Below are positions 18,427 to 29,063 of a DNA stretch of 64,000 nt, in pieces. The stretch's first letter is position 1. Every line of letters starts with the position of its first letter. The position numbers and the translations under genes were made by a program. Origin of the DNA: Clostridiaceae bacterium (GTDB lineage: Bacteria > Cyanobacteriota > Vampirovibrionia > Gastranaerophilales > Gastranaerophilaceae); the NCBI GenBank assembly GCA_022641775.1, contig JALCDS010000005.1, positions 22,299-86,298 of the forward strand, written 5' to 3'. The notes beneath the pieces were generated by a model. That model had not been told where the DNA came from. It saw only the letters and a list, made by a program, of their open reading frames with translations, and did not search any database.

Positions 18427-19268
18427 AAAGCTTCAAGTTCCTTCATTGCACGCTCAAATTCTTCTTGTTTAGGGGCTTTACCATGCCAGCCGGCCTGATT
18501 TTCCATAAAGCTTACGCCTTTGCCTTTGATTGTATTGGCAATTATTGCGGTAGGTTTATCAGTTGATTTTTTAGAAAGTTCAATGGCATCATATATTTGG
18601 TTATAATCATGTCCATCAATTACAATAACATTCCAATTAAAAGCTTTGATTTTTTCTTCCAAATTATCCAAACCCTTAACAGTTTCCGTTCCACCATCGA
18701 TTTGCAATCTGTTTCTATCAATTATTGCAGTAAGATTGTTCAATTTATGATGAGCACCATTCATAAAACCTTCCCAACAACTGCCTTCTTGGAGTTCTCC
18801 ATCACCCATAAGGGTAAATACATGGGCAGGATTTTTGTCCAATTTCAAAGACAACGCAATCCCACAAGACAAAGACAAGCCTTGTCCCAAAGAACCTGTC
18901 GCGACTTCAACCCCCAGACACATCGGGAAAGGATGACCTTGTAACATTGTACCTAATTTTCTAAACGTCATCAATTCTGATTCTTTGAAATAACCACATT
19001 GAGCTAAAACCGAATAAAGAATTGTTGATGCATGTCCTTTTGACAAAACAAATCTGTCACGAGATTCATAATTCTTGTCTTTAGTCCATTTTGGTACAAG
19101 TTTCATGCACTTGTGATACAAAACAGTCATAATGTCGCACGAAGATAAAGCACCTCCGATGTGGCCTGATTGCGCATTATATACCATTTTTACAATATTT
19201 ATTCTGGATTCTTTTGCAAACTTTTTCAATTCTTTTATATCTTTGTCGTTTAGCATTTTATACCCCAT
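18423..19268 (-). CDS. transketolase, N-terminal (TPP-binding) subunit
   Basis: SGHIGGALS, GSLGQGLS and GDGELQEG motifs. 281 aa, split-type transketolase. Confidence 0.9.
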   Translation of the reverse strand: MGYKMLNDKDIKELKKFAKESRINIVKMVYNAQSGHIGGALSSCDIMTVLYHKCMKLVPKWTKDKNYESRDRFVLSKGHASTILYSVLAQCGYFKESELMTFRKLGTMLQGHPFPMCLGVEVATGSLGQGLSLSCGIALSLKLDKNPAHVFTLMGDGELQEGSCWEGFMNGAHHKLNNLTAIIDRNRLQIDGGTETVKGLDNLEEKIKAFNWNVIVIDGHDYNQIYDAIELSKKSTDKPTAIIANTIKGKGVSFMENQAGWHGKAPKQEEFERAMKELEAL

Positions 19269-19969
19269 TTTTCTTTTAAAACATTTATTACAAATAATGG
19301 CAAGGTTGGAAAAATACGTTTGAACCTTTTGGGTTCTTTTACAGTTCTATATAGCCATTCCAAGCCTATCTTTTGGTAAATTTCAGGCGCTCTTTCAACA
19401 CAACCCGACCATACATCAAAACTCCCACCAACACCAATCATAATAGCATTTGGCAAAAGTTTTTTTGCATTATAAATAAATTCTTCTTGTTTTGGGGAAC
19501 CTAACGCTGCAAGAATAACCTCAGGCTGCATCTCTTTTATTTCACTCAAAACCTTATCATCATCCTTAAAATATCCGTCTCTAACATAAATAATATTTAT
19601 CCCCGGAATTTCTGCTTTTAAATTTTCAACTGCTTTTGTAATAACCTCAGGCTTACTCCCAATCAAAGCTACTCTTTGACAGTTCTTTACTGAAGCTTCT
19701 AACAATTTGTGAGCAAAAGCAATACCTGCAATCCTTCTTACGTTATAGCCTAATATTTTTAAACCTATTTCAACTCCAATACCATCAGGAATAACCAATT
19801 CCGCATTTTCAATAATATTTTTCAAACTTTCATTTGTTTTTGCACAAGAAATCATTTCCGGATTAATCGTTACAACTTGTCCATGCGTTGATTCAATATA
19901 TTCAAAAGCCTGAGAATCCGTAAACGTATCAACAGGTAAATCTTGGAGTTTTACAGTTTTTCTTTCCAT
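19250..19969 (-). CDS. WecB/TagA/CpsF family glycosyltransferase
   Basis: VTINPEM...PDGIGV...LGSPKQE...GVGGSFD...P..EWLYR pattern. Confidence 0.85.
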   Translation of the reverse strand: MERKTVKLQDLPVDTFTDSQAFEYIESTHGQVVTINPEMISCAKTNESLKNIIENAELVIPDGIGVEIGLKILGYNVRRIAGIAFAHKLLEASVKNCQRVALIGSKPEVITKAVENLKAEIPGINIIYVRDGYFKDDDKVLSEIKEMQPEVILAALGSPKQEEFIYNAKKLLPNAIMIGVGGSFDVWSGCVERAPEIYQKIGLEWLYRTVKEPKRFKRIFPTLPLFVINVLKEKWGIKC

Positions 19970-19996
19970 ACGCTAATTATACCTGACATTTGAAAT

Positions 19997-21016
19997 TTAA
20001 TCAATTATTTTAGCCAGCTTAAACAAAAAATCTTCTTTTGCACCAAGATGCAATCCAACAGGAATAAAATGCTCCTTGTATTTTTCAACGGCAAATCTAT
20101 CAGTCATTCCTGAAATATAATCCGTTACAATACGCTCAATTTTTTCTTCAGGGCAAACATTTTTCAACATATCTTTATATAAATAGAACAATTCTTTAAT
20201 CACGTGACGAGCCTTTTCTTCTTCCAATTTGGCAGGAGAATCAACATATACCGTCTGGAACATATATTCACGAAGTTTAGTTGTATAATGCCAACCTTCT
20301 TCACTCATAGTAACATTCGGTTTTCCTTGTGAATTATAAACAACTTCGTTAATCATTTTTGTCAGTCGCTCGTTTTGAACAGATGAAAAATATTCAATAC
20401 ATTCTTTTGGCAAATCATCTTCTGCAATAATTCCTGCACGAATCGAATCTTCTATATCATGATTTATATATGCAATTTTATCAGCAAGCTGAACTGCTTG
20501 AGCTTCTGGGGTCTTAGGTTTATACCCCCAAGAATGGGTTAAAATACCATCCACTGTTTCACGACACAAGTTCAAATCTTCCAAAACCTCTACAACTCTG
20601 ACACTTTGTATATTATGATAAAATCCACCTTTTACAAGCTCATTCAAAACTCCTTCGCCACAATGTCCGAAAGGAGTATGTCCCAAATCATGACCAAGCG
20701 CAATAGCTTCAGTTAAATCTTCATTCAAAAATAAAGATCGAGATATTGTTCTTGCAATCTGAGCAACTTCCAAAGTATGAGTTAAACGCGTTCTAAAATG
20801 GTCATCATAAGGTGACAAAAACACTTGTGTTTTATGCTTTAGACGTCGAAAAGCCTTTGAATGTAGAATTCTATCTCTGTCACGCTGAAAATCAGTACGC
20901 ATATCATCTGATGTAACAGGTCTTTTGCGGCCTTTTGTTTCACGACTTTTAGTAGCATATTCAGCCAATGTCTGATATTCTCTATCTTCAATTTTTTCTT
21001 TTATAGTTCTATCCAT
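19997..21016 (-). CDS. dGTP triphosphohydrolase-like HD-domain protein
   Basis: FQRDRDRILHSKAFRRLKHKTQVF...RTRLTHTLEVAQIAR...GHDLGHTPFGH. Confidence 0.85.
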   Translation of the reverse strand: MDRTIKEKIEDREYQTLAEYATKSRETKGRKRPVTSDDMRTDFQRDRDRILHSKAFRRLKHKTQVFLSPYDDHFRTRLTHTLEVAQIARTISRSLFLNEDLTEAIALGHDLGHTPFGHCGEGVLNELVKGGFYHNIQSVRVVEVLEDLNLCRETVDGILTHSWGYKPKTPEAQAVQLADKIAYINHDIEDSIRAGIIAEDDLPKECIEYFSSVQNERLTKMINEVVYNSQGKPNVTMSEEGWHYTTKLREYMFQTVYVDSPAKLEEEKARHVIKELFYLYKDMLKNVCPEEKIERIVTDYISGMTDRFAVEKYKEHFIPVGLHLGAKEDFLFKLAKIID

Positions 21017-21067
21017 ACAAACAGTATAGCAAAAACAGAAATTCTATCCATACAGAGTTTAGAGGAA

Positions 21068-22756
21068 CTAAGCCGCTGTACTTGAAGGAGTCTTTTTATG
21101 TTCTAATCTGTATTTATCAGCAAATTTGCCGATTTTATGAGTCAAATAACCTGTGATAATACCAAAGGCCATTGCTTTGCCACCGGACAAAAGACTCGTT
21201 GTACAATAAACAATTGTACCAAGAGATGTAAGTGCCGGAATTCCGTACTTCAAGGATATAGATTTACGTTTATCATTATCTTTTGCTCTAATCAAAAAAT
21301 AACTCAATGGAACGACACCAAATAAAATATCTGAAACTTCAAGTGGTGCAGAACCCATAGCCAAATCTCTCATCTTGTCAAAGAATTGGGCACATTCAAG
21401 ATTTATTGACTTATGCAAAGACTTGTTGAATGAACAAATTTTGTTTCGCATTTTTATATAATCTTTTCTTGGTAAAATCTCCTTATAAATAGTCAAAATC
21501 TCTTGGATTTCACCCTTTTTGGTATCTTCAAGCAACGCTGACGTATCACCTAATTTTGTAATAATTCTATCCGGAACATCAGAGTCATAGAGCCCTGAAT
21601 TTTCACTTATTCTATCTTGTAAAGCTTTGAAGTCATCTTTCAAGGTATCAGCCAATTTTGCTCTGTTTGTAACTTCATTATTACCGCTGAGATTTGCATA
21701 TTCTTTTAAATGCGCTTTTAAAATAGTAATTTGTTCAATAGATTTTGAGTCTTTTGGATTTATTGCATTTTCAACTTCAGACAAAGAAGATTTAATTCCG
21801 GTTGTTATATCAGTAATATCATTAGTAATTCCGCGTCTGAATTGTGAAACTTCATTTATTAATTTTGTTCTATCTTCAACTACAAGGTTGTGTGCCAAGA
21901 AAGACTGGTACATCTCTCTTGATGTAAAGTTTCGTCTAAATCCTTTAGGATTGAGGCTTGCATCCCAAAAACGAACATCCAAATCTGACATAACATTATG
22001 CATTCTATTATACCTGTCATCTAAAGCTGAACCTTTAAAATTAGATTTATAACCGGTTTTTACGCTCGCCAAATGACGTTCAATTTCTTTTACCCATTCT
22101 TCCTTTGTTTTAGTAACTCCATTTATCGTAAATTGTTGTGATGGATTTGTGATATTTAATTTTGAATTTATTTTTTCTGTATATTTCAACATTTTGTTTA
22201 AAGTTTTGTCAGATTTCTTGTATGAAGAAAGAACCGTTCTTCTGCTAATTTTTTCAAAGAAGTTTGTAATCCCTTCATAAACTTTCCTAGCACCACGGCC
22301 AAATGCATTTTTAGGCGTACTGTTAGAAAAAGCACACATGGATTTTTTCATTGAAATAATTTTCAATGAATGGAAGTTATTCAATGATTCTGCCTTCTCC
22401 AAGAAATGGTTAACCCCACTCAAGATAACTCGATAAAACTGTTTCGCCTGTTCTGATTTTTCTCTGGCACCTTTAGTAGACATTTTTTGATTCAAATGTC
22501 CCCTCAATTTTTCCAACCACTTGTAAGCACCCTTATGCAATCCACTTACAAAGCCTAAAACAACAAGCACTGTACCGGCAACAGTTGAGGCTATAATTAA
22601 AGCTTTTTTACTCTTCTTTTTTCCCTTCTTATCTTCCGACAGCGTGAATTCATCGCCGCTTTGAGGCGATGTAAAAAGAAACTGATTTTTATTATTGGAA
22701 AAATCAGCATAAGCAGATTTACTGTTTACTTTTGCTATCGGAACTTGATTAATCAT
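21068..22756 (-). CDS. hypothetical membrane-anchored protein (562 aa)
   Basis: RBS AAGGGAAA. N/Q/S-rich N-terminus, K-rich stretch, one TM segment (ALIIASTVAGTVLVVLGFV), a long helical region, and two C-terminal TM segments. Confidence 0.6.
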   Translation of the reverse strand: MINQVPIAKVNSKSAYADFSNNKNQFLFTSPQSGDEFTLSEDKKGKKKSKKALIIASTVAGTVLVVLGFVSGLHKGAYKWLEKLRGHLNQKMSTKGAREKSEQAKQFYRVILSGVNHFLEKAESLNNFHSLKIISMKKSMCAFSNSTPKNAFGRGARKVYEGITNFFEKISRRTVLSSYKKSDKTLNKMLKYTEKINSKLNITNPSQQFTINGVTKTKEEWVKEIERHLASVKTGYKSNFKGSALDDRYNRMHNVMSDLDVRFWDASLNPKGFRRNFTSREMYQSFLAHNLVVEDRTKLINEVSQFRRGITNDITDITTGIKSSLSEVENAINPKDSKSIEQITILKAHLKEYANLSGNNEVTNRAKLADTLKDDFKALQDRISENSGLYDSDVPDRIITKLGDTSALLEDTKKGEIQEILTIYKEILPRKDYIKMRNKICSFNKSLHKSINLECAQFFDKMRDLAMGSAPLEVSDILFGVVPLSYFLIRAKDNDKRKSISLKYGIPALTSLGTIVYCTTSLLSGGKAMAFGIITGYLTHKIGKFADKYRLEHKKTPSSTAA

Positions 22757-22830
22757 AATTTCCCTTACTCATATATAAAAACCTTAAAATGGTATTATTT
22801 GATTAAACGCAAGTCCCATGTTACAAAATA

Positions 22831-23955
22831 TTAAGAAGATAAATTGTTTGATATTTCAATAGCAGCTTCTTTTGATGAAATTTTATCGGATAATTTGGCT
22901 TTCACTTCTGATAACATTTGGATATTTTCACTTCTATACTTTGCGTCATACAATAACTTTTCAATATTTGATGCAATATTTTCTATACTTACCTGTTTTT
23001 CCAAAATTTCAGGGACAACAAATTTGTTCAATATAATATTCGGTAACGAAACCATATTTATACACCTTACCAATAAATAAATTAAATAAAATAAATATGG
23101 GCCACGATAAGCAATAATCATTGGAGTTGAATATAGAGCAGCTTCTAAAGCAACCGTCCCCGATGCCAAAATCAATGCATCAGAAGCACTCAAAAGAGCC
23201 TGATTATCTCCTTTGATAACTTTAAAATCAGTATCTTTTAAATATTTATGGAACACTTCATCCGATAAATTTGGAGCTTGAGAAATACAAAATTGTAAGT
23301 CCGGATGGCGTCTTTGAAGTTCTTTTGCCGTTTTTACAAAAACTGTCATCAAATTTTTTAATTCAAATTTTCTCGACCCAGGGAAAACCGAAACGAGAAG
23401 TTTATTTTTATCAAGATTATATTTTTCAAAAAACTGTGCTTTATCAACTTTTGGAGGCAATTGAGAAACCAAAGGATGTCCGCAATAATGGCATTTTATA
23501 CCTTCTTTTTCATACATTTCTTTTTCAAAAGGGAAAATGCAAAGGACTTCGTCGATATTTTTCTTTATTGTGTTTAACCGCCATTTTCTACTTGCCCATA
23601 CTTGCGGAGGAATATAATAAAAAGTTTTTATCCCGGCTTTTTTGAAAAATTTTGAAACGCTCAAATTAAATGCACCATAATCAATCAGCAATACAGCATC
23701 TGGTTTAAATTCTTTTATAACATAATCAACAACCCGTTTCCCGAGCATTATATGATTATAAATAATTGCCGGAGAGATTCCCATTGCAGACATTTTATCT
23801 TGATTTGAAAAAAGTTTTACACCTTCCTTTTCAAGATTTATACCGCCAACGCCTTCAATTTCAAGTTCTGAATTTATTTTCCTTAATTCTCTTACTACAC
23901 GAGAAGCGTGGATGTCACCAGAATATTCACCGGTTATTATAAAAAGTTTTTTCAT
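22831..23955 (-). CDS. lpxB: lipid-A-disaccharide synthase
   Basis: KLFIITGEYSGDIHASRV N-terminus. Full-length LpxB-like, 374 aa. Confidence 0.9.
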   Translation of the reverse strand: MKKLFIITGEYSGDIHASRVVRELRKINSELEIEGVGGINLEKEGVKLFSNQDKMSAMGISPAIIYNHIMLGKRVVDYVIKEFKPDAVLLIDYGAFNLSVSKFFKKAGIKTFYYIPPQVWASRKWRLNTIKKNIDEVLCIFPFEKEMYEKEGIKCHYCGHPLVSQLPPKVDKAQFFEKYNLDKNKLLVSVFPGSRKFELKNLMTVFVKTAKELQRRHPDLQFCISQAPNLSDEVFHKYLKDTDFKVIKGDNQALLSASDALILASGTVALEAALYSTPMIIAYRGPYLFYLIYLLVRCINMVSLPNIILNKFVVPEILEKQVSIENIASNIEKLLYDAKYRSENIQMLSEVKAKLSDKISSKEAAIEISNNLSS

Positions 23956-23958
23956 AAA

Positions 23959-24780
23959 TTACACAGCCATTATTACAATATTGTTATCATTTGCATACTT
24001 AATAACTTGCTCAGGGTTGACAATAATTGTTTCATTCGCCTCTACTGCAATCAAATTTGCATGATGCCTATGCATTGTTTTCAAAGTTTTAAGACCGATA
24101 GCAGGAATATCAAAACGTTTGTCTTGCGCAGGCTTTGACACCTTGACTACAACTGCATCTTTTTTCGCGAATTTTGCTCCTCGAACAATACACTTGTCAG
24201 TGCCCTCAATAGCTTCAACAGCCATAACCATCTTATCTTTAATTACAACAGATTGCCCAACATCAACTTTTCCCATTTCTTTGGCCAACCAAAATCCATA
24301 ATTCACATCTTCCAACTGAGCTTTTGTAGGTTTAATTTTACCCAAAACTCCGGCAGGAACCATAAGATTTTTTATAAATATTGTCTGATCTAAGACCGTA
24401 ACACCAATTTTTTCAAATTCTTTTACGATAAGCAGCATTACTTCGTCATCATTTAATCTTGCAGATGCTTTAATAAGCTCAATTGCGCGCTTATCAAACT
24501 TGTGCAATTGAAGAAGAACTCGTTTGTGAACTTTACCTAAAAAGGTCAACTGCTTTATTTCTTCTTCTTTAAATATTTTTTCAATTCTATTAACTTCTCC
24601 TGGATGACAAGAATAAACTTTTGAACAATATTTTTTCAAATCTCTAACATTGTCACGAGAAAGCGATATACAAACTACTTCAAACCCGTTTTCTTTGGCA
24701 TACTGAGCCATTTGTACCGGCAAACATCCATCTCCTGCAATCAATCCTTGTTTATGTTCCAACATTATAGACAATTTCAA
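23959..24780 (-). CDS. lpxI: UDP-2,3-diacylglucosamine pyrophosphatase LpxI (DUF1009)
   Basis: GLIAGDGCLP N-terminus and DVGQSVV...AVEAIEGTD block. Adjacent to lpxB. Confidence 0.75.
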   Translation of the reverse strand: MKLSIMLEHKQGLIAGDGCLPVQMAQYAKENGFEVVCISLSRDNVRDLKKYCSKVYSCHPGEVNRIEKIFKEEEIKQLTFLGKVHKRVLLQLHKFDKRAIELIKASARLNDDEVMLLIVKEFEKIGVTVLDQTIFIKNLMVPAGVLGKIKPTKAQLEDVNYGFWLAKEMGKVDVGQSVVIKDKMVMAVEAIEGTDKCIVRGAKFAKKDAVVVKVSKPAQDKRFDIPAIGLKTLKTMHRHHANLIAVEANETIIVNPEQVIKYANDNNIVIMAV

Positions 24781-24823
24781 ATTCCCCTTTTATCTCTTTT
24801 CGTATTAATATTGTACCACAATA

Positions 24824-25447
24824 TTACTTTAATGAATAAATCTCTTCAACCTGTTCCTTGTTCAATAAAACTTCTTTACCCAACACTCTGGTATTAATAA
24901 CAGTTTTTGCATAAGCTTCCGCCAATTCCAACTGCAAATAGGTTTCTTTAAGTTCTTTTCCGCCTATTATAAATCCATGGTTCGCCATCAAAACAGCATT
25001 ATAATCCTTGAAATACTTAGAAGTTTTTTCTACCAAATCTTTTGATGATGGTAATCCGTATTCGGCCAAAGGAATTTGCCCAAAATAAAACACAATTTCT
25101 GCCATCAAAGGTTTATCCAACGGAATATGAGCAGCTGCAAAAGAACTCAAATATGGAGCATGAACATGCATAATATATCTGATGTCAGGTCGCATTTTAT
25201 AAAACGCCACATGTAACATTTTTTCACTTGAAGCTTTTTTATCAGAATCCAAAACCTTACCGTCAAAATCCATCAAAACTAAATCATTTTCAGATAAATA
25301 ACCGTTAGCAGAACCCGATGTCGTGATTAAAATCCTATTATCATCAACTCTGGCAGACAAATTACCGGAAATTCCAGGAGTAAAGTCTTTTTCGCCACAA
25401 AGTTTCCCATATTTTATCAACTCATCTTTTAATAATTTTATATCCAT
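24824..25447 (-). CDS. class II aldolase/adducin family protein
   Basis: GNLSAR...TSGS...HVHAPY...ANHG motifs. Confidence 0.8.
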   Translation of the reverse strand: MDIKLLKDELIKYGKLCGEKDFTPGISGNLSARVDDNRILITTSGSANGYLSENDLVLMDFDGKVLDSDKKASSEKMLHVAFYKMRPDIRYIMHVHAPYLSSFAAAHIPLDKPLMAEIVFYFGQIPLAEYGLPSSKDLVEKTSKYFKDYNAVLMANHGFIIGGKELKETYLQLELAEAYAKTVINTRVLGKEVLLNKEQVEEIYSLK

Positions 25448-27699
25448 TATTGAACATACTCCCTTTCAGGATCTTGAATATCTATAACTTGAGCATACTG
25501 CTTTGGAACAGTAACTTTGTTCTGTTCTGATGGCTGGAAATCCTCAGGTTTTGGTAACAATGTAAGTTCCGGCTTTTTATCTCCGGTTAACCTATCAGGA
25601 TTTTTTATAACCATTTTTTCAAAATGAACATTTGAATTTTTAACATTCATTGCCATTGTTATATTAAAATATGTAGCTTCACGAATAAAGTCATACCCTA
25701 AATTAACTTTTAAATCATCCGGACCTATTGAGAAAATAAAGCCATTTTCTTGTAACAATTTGCCGTTAGGAGCTTCTTTCAACAAGTTTGCTGATATTGT
25801 CCAACCTACAGCAAGCCACTTGTTTATTCTCAACGCTTCATTTAAATATACGTTTGAATGACCGTAACGGTATGTATCATATCTTAAAAGTGGAGTTTGA
25901 TCTTGATATGCAGATGCAAAATATCCGACATTCTGCATCCAATATTTGTACTGTGTATGTAACATCGGTCCTACTCTGCCGATAAATTGGGTATCACCTG
26001 TACCATATACAGCTGCACTGCCTTGCATTACCATTGAAAGGTCTAAAATTTTACGATTAGGTATATCTTCATAGTGATATAAAGATTGGCTCATTTCAGC
26101 CATATACCTCAAACGAGTAGTAGCATCTTTACCTTGTGCCAAATTTTCATCTTTTAATTGATATTTTGTATCTCCAAAATAACCGGCACTAAATCTATTT
26201 TTGAATTGTAAGCCTAAACCTTTTCCTATAGTATTCGGAATATATTTTCCATCCTCATATACAGCTTCAATTGCATATTTTGGCATTCTGGCACCCAAAA
26301 ACCACTCATCCAAAAAGGCATTCATACCATATTGCAAATATAATTTATCATCCAGATATTGTTTACCTTTCAATACAAATACATCATTTGCAGAACCATA
26401 CATAAAATCAGTCATGTTAGTAGCACTTTTATATTTCAATGCGCCACCAATACCAAACTTGCTCTTATAATTTACAAGAGGGACAGCTTTTAATGTAGAA
26501 CCATTCGGCAAATCAAATACATATCCTGGTCCAAAATACATTCCCATAGGGTTTCTTGACCCTAATTCAGGATAATCACCTTCAAAATAATTGTGATCTT
26601 TATTTGTATGAGCTTGGAATGAAGGTAAATCAAACAAATGTTTTTTCCCGTTATAAACTTCAATTTCTTTAAATGTTGTTACATTATGCTGTTTTTTCGC
26701 ATCAAGAGTAATGTCTTTCACTTCAACATGGATATCTTTTGAGCCTGAAATGTCTGAAATATATGATTTGTCACTTTCATCAATTATCATTTGTTTGTAG
26801 TCAAAGCCACCAACCATTGACGTTTCCATTCTGAAAACAAAATCCTTGCTTGCTGATAAGGTACCGTCATTTAGTACAATAACTTTATCATCTGCAGTTG
26901 CATGTTTTGCATGGATTTCTAATTCGCCTTTTGTAGTCTTCATATTATCGGCCAAAGCATTTTCTTCATTCATATTTATTTGCATAAAATCGCCATAAAT
27001 ACTTGAACCGTCTTTTATCAATTCTACATTATCATATGCTTTCAAAATATTTGTAACATTGTTATAAACTATTTTATCAGCTTTTATAATCGTATTTTGC
27101 GGAGGAAAATTTAAAACAGGATGACCGGTTGCAACAACATCCATAGTCTTGTCATTAAAATCAACATTATCGGCATCTAATATAACATCATTAGTTGTTA
27201 CATGTTCTTTTACTCCGCCTGCCAATTGCAAATTACTTTTTGTGTCAGCAGACGTAGAATCAGCAGCTGCAACAGCATTAACCATTTCTTCCGAATTATC
27301 ATCTGTCAAAGTTACGCTGTTATCTTTAAAAAGTTTGGATAATTTATTATGTTTTTTGACAGTTCCATCTTGTTCTGCTTTCATCTTGTTAAGACTTTTT
27401 TGCCTAAAGAAATTTGTTATCCTAATTCTTGCTTGTTTAAACATAGGCATATTTTTACCATAAGGTGGCTTGTTAGCAATACTAACCTCTCCTGTATTTT
27501 GAGCATCATAATCCTGATTTTTTGTCTCATCAACAGACATACCGGGCATTTGTGTCAACGGTGATTCGTATATCTGTCTTTGAACATCCAAGTCTGGCTG
27601 CGCTGTAATAGATTTTATAGTCTTTGCAGACTCCTCATCTGCAAATGCCGGAGTCATAATCATACAAATTAAAGCTGTTATAATCAATTGTTTTTTCAC
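25447..27699 (-). CDS. large outer-membrane protein, LptD/OstA-like
   Basis: Sec signal MKKQLIITALICMIMTPAFA. 750 aa, beta-rich and aromatic-rich C-terminal half. In an operon with lpx genes. Confidence 0.5.
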   Translation of the reverse strand: MKKQLIITALICMIMTPAFADEESAKTIKSITAQPDLDVQRQIYESPLTQMPGMSVDETKNQDYDAQNTGEVSIANKPPYGKNMPMFKQARIRITNFFRQKSLNKMKAEQDGTVKKHNKLSKLFKDNSVTLTDDNSEEMVNAVAAADSTSADTKSNLQLAGGVKEHVTTNDVILDADNVDFNDKTMDVVATGHPVLNFPPQNTIIKADKIVYNNVTNILKAYDNVELIKDGSSIYGDFMQINMNEENALADNMKTTKGELEIHAKHATADDKVIVLNDGTLSASKDFVFRMETSMVGGFDYKQMIIDESDKSYISDISGSKDIHVEVKDITLDAKKQHNVTTFKEIEVYNGKKHLFDLPSFQAHTNKDHNYFEGDYPELGSRNPMGMYFGPGYVFDLPNGSTLKAVPLVNYKSKFGIGGALKYKSATNMTDFMYGSANDVFVLKGKQYLDDKLYLQYGMNAFLDEWFLGARMPKYAIEAVYEDGKYIPNTIGKGLGLQFKNRFSAGYFGDTKYQLKDENLAQGKDATTRLRYMAEMSQSLYHYEDIPNRKILDLSMVMQGSAAVYGTGDTQFIGRVGPMLHTQYKYWMQNVGYFASAYQDQTPLLRYDTYRYGHSNVYLNEALRINKWLAVGWTISANLLKEAPNGKLLQENGFIFSIGPDDLKVNLGYDFIREATYFNITMAMNVKNSNVHFEKMVIKNPDRLTGDKKPELTLLPKPEDFQPSEQNKVTVPKQYAQVIDIQDPEREYVQ

Positions 27700-27713
27700 A
27701 ATTATTTCCTTTA

Positions 27714-28847
27714 TTAAATAAATCTCAACGGATTTTGCGGAACACCGTTAATTCTAACTTCAAAGTGGCAATGTGGTCCGGTACTGTAACCAGTCGAACC
27801 TTCTCTACCGATTGTTTGACCTCTGGAAACTGATTGTCCGGTTCCTACATTAATTGATGACATATGTCCATACAAAGTTGTAGTCGGACGACCATTTACT
27901 CTGCCATGATCAATGATAACTACTTTTCCGTAACCGCCTTGCCAGCCTGCATATATTACTCGACCCGAATTAGCCGCATGAATTGCGCCACCATAAGGGC
28001 CTGCAATATCTATACCGGAATGGAATATTCTACTATGAAATATAGGGTGAACTCTCCATCCGAATGGAGAAGTTATTCCGCCACCAATAGGCTTCATAAA
28101 AGCTCCGGTTGTTATAAAAGTAGATTTATTATGACGTTGCATTCTTGCAATCATACTCTGGATATACTCCGATTGTCTTGCCAATTCTCGTTCAGAACGT
28201 TCATAAGCTGAACGGCTGCTTTGAAGTTTACTAATCATATTATGATTTTGAGCAATTGCACCTTGTATATAACGTTGTTGCGAATTTATATCACTGATGG
28301 TTTGAGCTAAAGCAAGCTTTTTCTGCTGAATTTCTGATTTTAGGGCCATGATGGCTTCAGCTTTTCTCTTTACCATCAAAATTCTCTGATAATCTTTTTT
28401 TAATACAATTTTTTCAAAATAAATTGCATCTAACATTGAATTCAAATCTTTTACAGACAAAAGCATCTCAAGCATTCCTCTGCGTTGAGATTTATAAACA
28501 TGTCTGAGCCTACGGCGCATATTAATATTAGATTGATTGTAATCAGCAACAGAATAAGCCAATTGAGAGCTCAAACCATTTAATTGACCTGTCAATGTTG
28601 AATATCTATTTTGCGAAGCTTCCAAATTATCTTGAGTATCCTCAAGTTGTTGCTGATTTCTGACAAGCTTACTCTTCTCTTGTCTTTCCAATTTCTTTAA
28701 GTGGAAAATTTTAATTCTTGCAATTCGTCTTTTATGCTCAATTTGTCTCAATGAAATAGCATTAGAAGGTGGCACGCAAACAGAAAATAGCATTGCCAGC
28801 GACATGAATGTTATAAATATTTTTTGTATAAATTTATTCTTTTCCAC
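27714..28847 (-). CDS. M23 (LytM) peptidase with N-terminal coiled coil (EnvC-like architecture)
   Basis: Signal peptide, long Q/E/R-rich coiled coil, then HSGIDIAG...HCHFEV catalytic motifs. GTG start. Confidence 0.85.
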   Translation of the reverse strand: MEKNKFIQKIFITFMSLAMLFSVCVPPSNAISLRQIEHKRRIARIKIFHLKKLERQEKSKLVRNQQQLEDTQDNLEASQNRYSTLTGQLNGLSSQLAYSVADYNQSNINMRRRLRHVYKSQRRGMLEMLLSVKDLNSMLDAIYFEKIVLKKDYQRILMVKRKAEAIMALKSEIQQKKLALAQTISDINSQQRYIQGAIAQNHNMISKLQSSRSAYERSERELARQSEYIQSMIARMQRHNKSTFITTGAFMKPIGGGITSPFGWRVHPIFHSRIFHSGIDIAGPYGGAIHAANSGRVIYAGWQGGYGKVVIIDHGRVNGRPTTTLYGHMSSINVGTGQSVSRGQTIGREGSTGYSTGPHCHFEVRINGVPQNPLRFI

Positions 28848-29063
28848 TTTTTGCCTATTTTACTAATATCGGTAACAACATTAAGCCTACAGTCCAAGCT
28901 AAAAATGTAACAGATATAATAGCAATTATTATTTTTTGGTGTTGTCTGAAAAATTCCATTGTATTCCCCTTGTTCGTCAATAATATCATACTATTAAAAT
29001 AAATAAAGTGCAATTTTTTGAGATATATTTGCAAAAATTTGTAAAATCAATTAATATAAGGCT

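Noticed and set aside
28810-28959. 49-aa minus-strand ORF (MEFFRQHQKIIIAYYICYIFSL...) with a good AAGGGG RBS upstream of the M23 gene. It overlaps the GTG start of that gene in another frame.
   Set aside because: It is too short and unconserved-looking to call from sequence alone. The M23 gene already has a proper signal peptide from its GTG start, so no frameshift needs to be invoked. It could still be a real small membrane protein, and Ribo-seq would decide.
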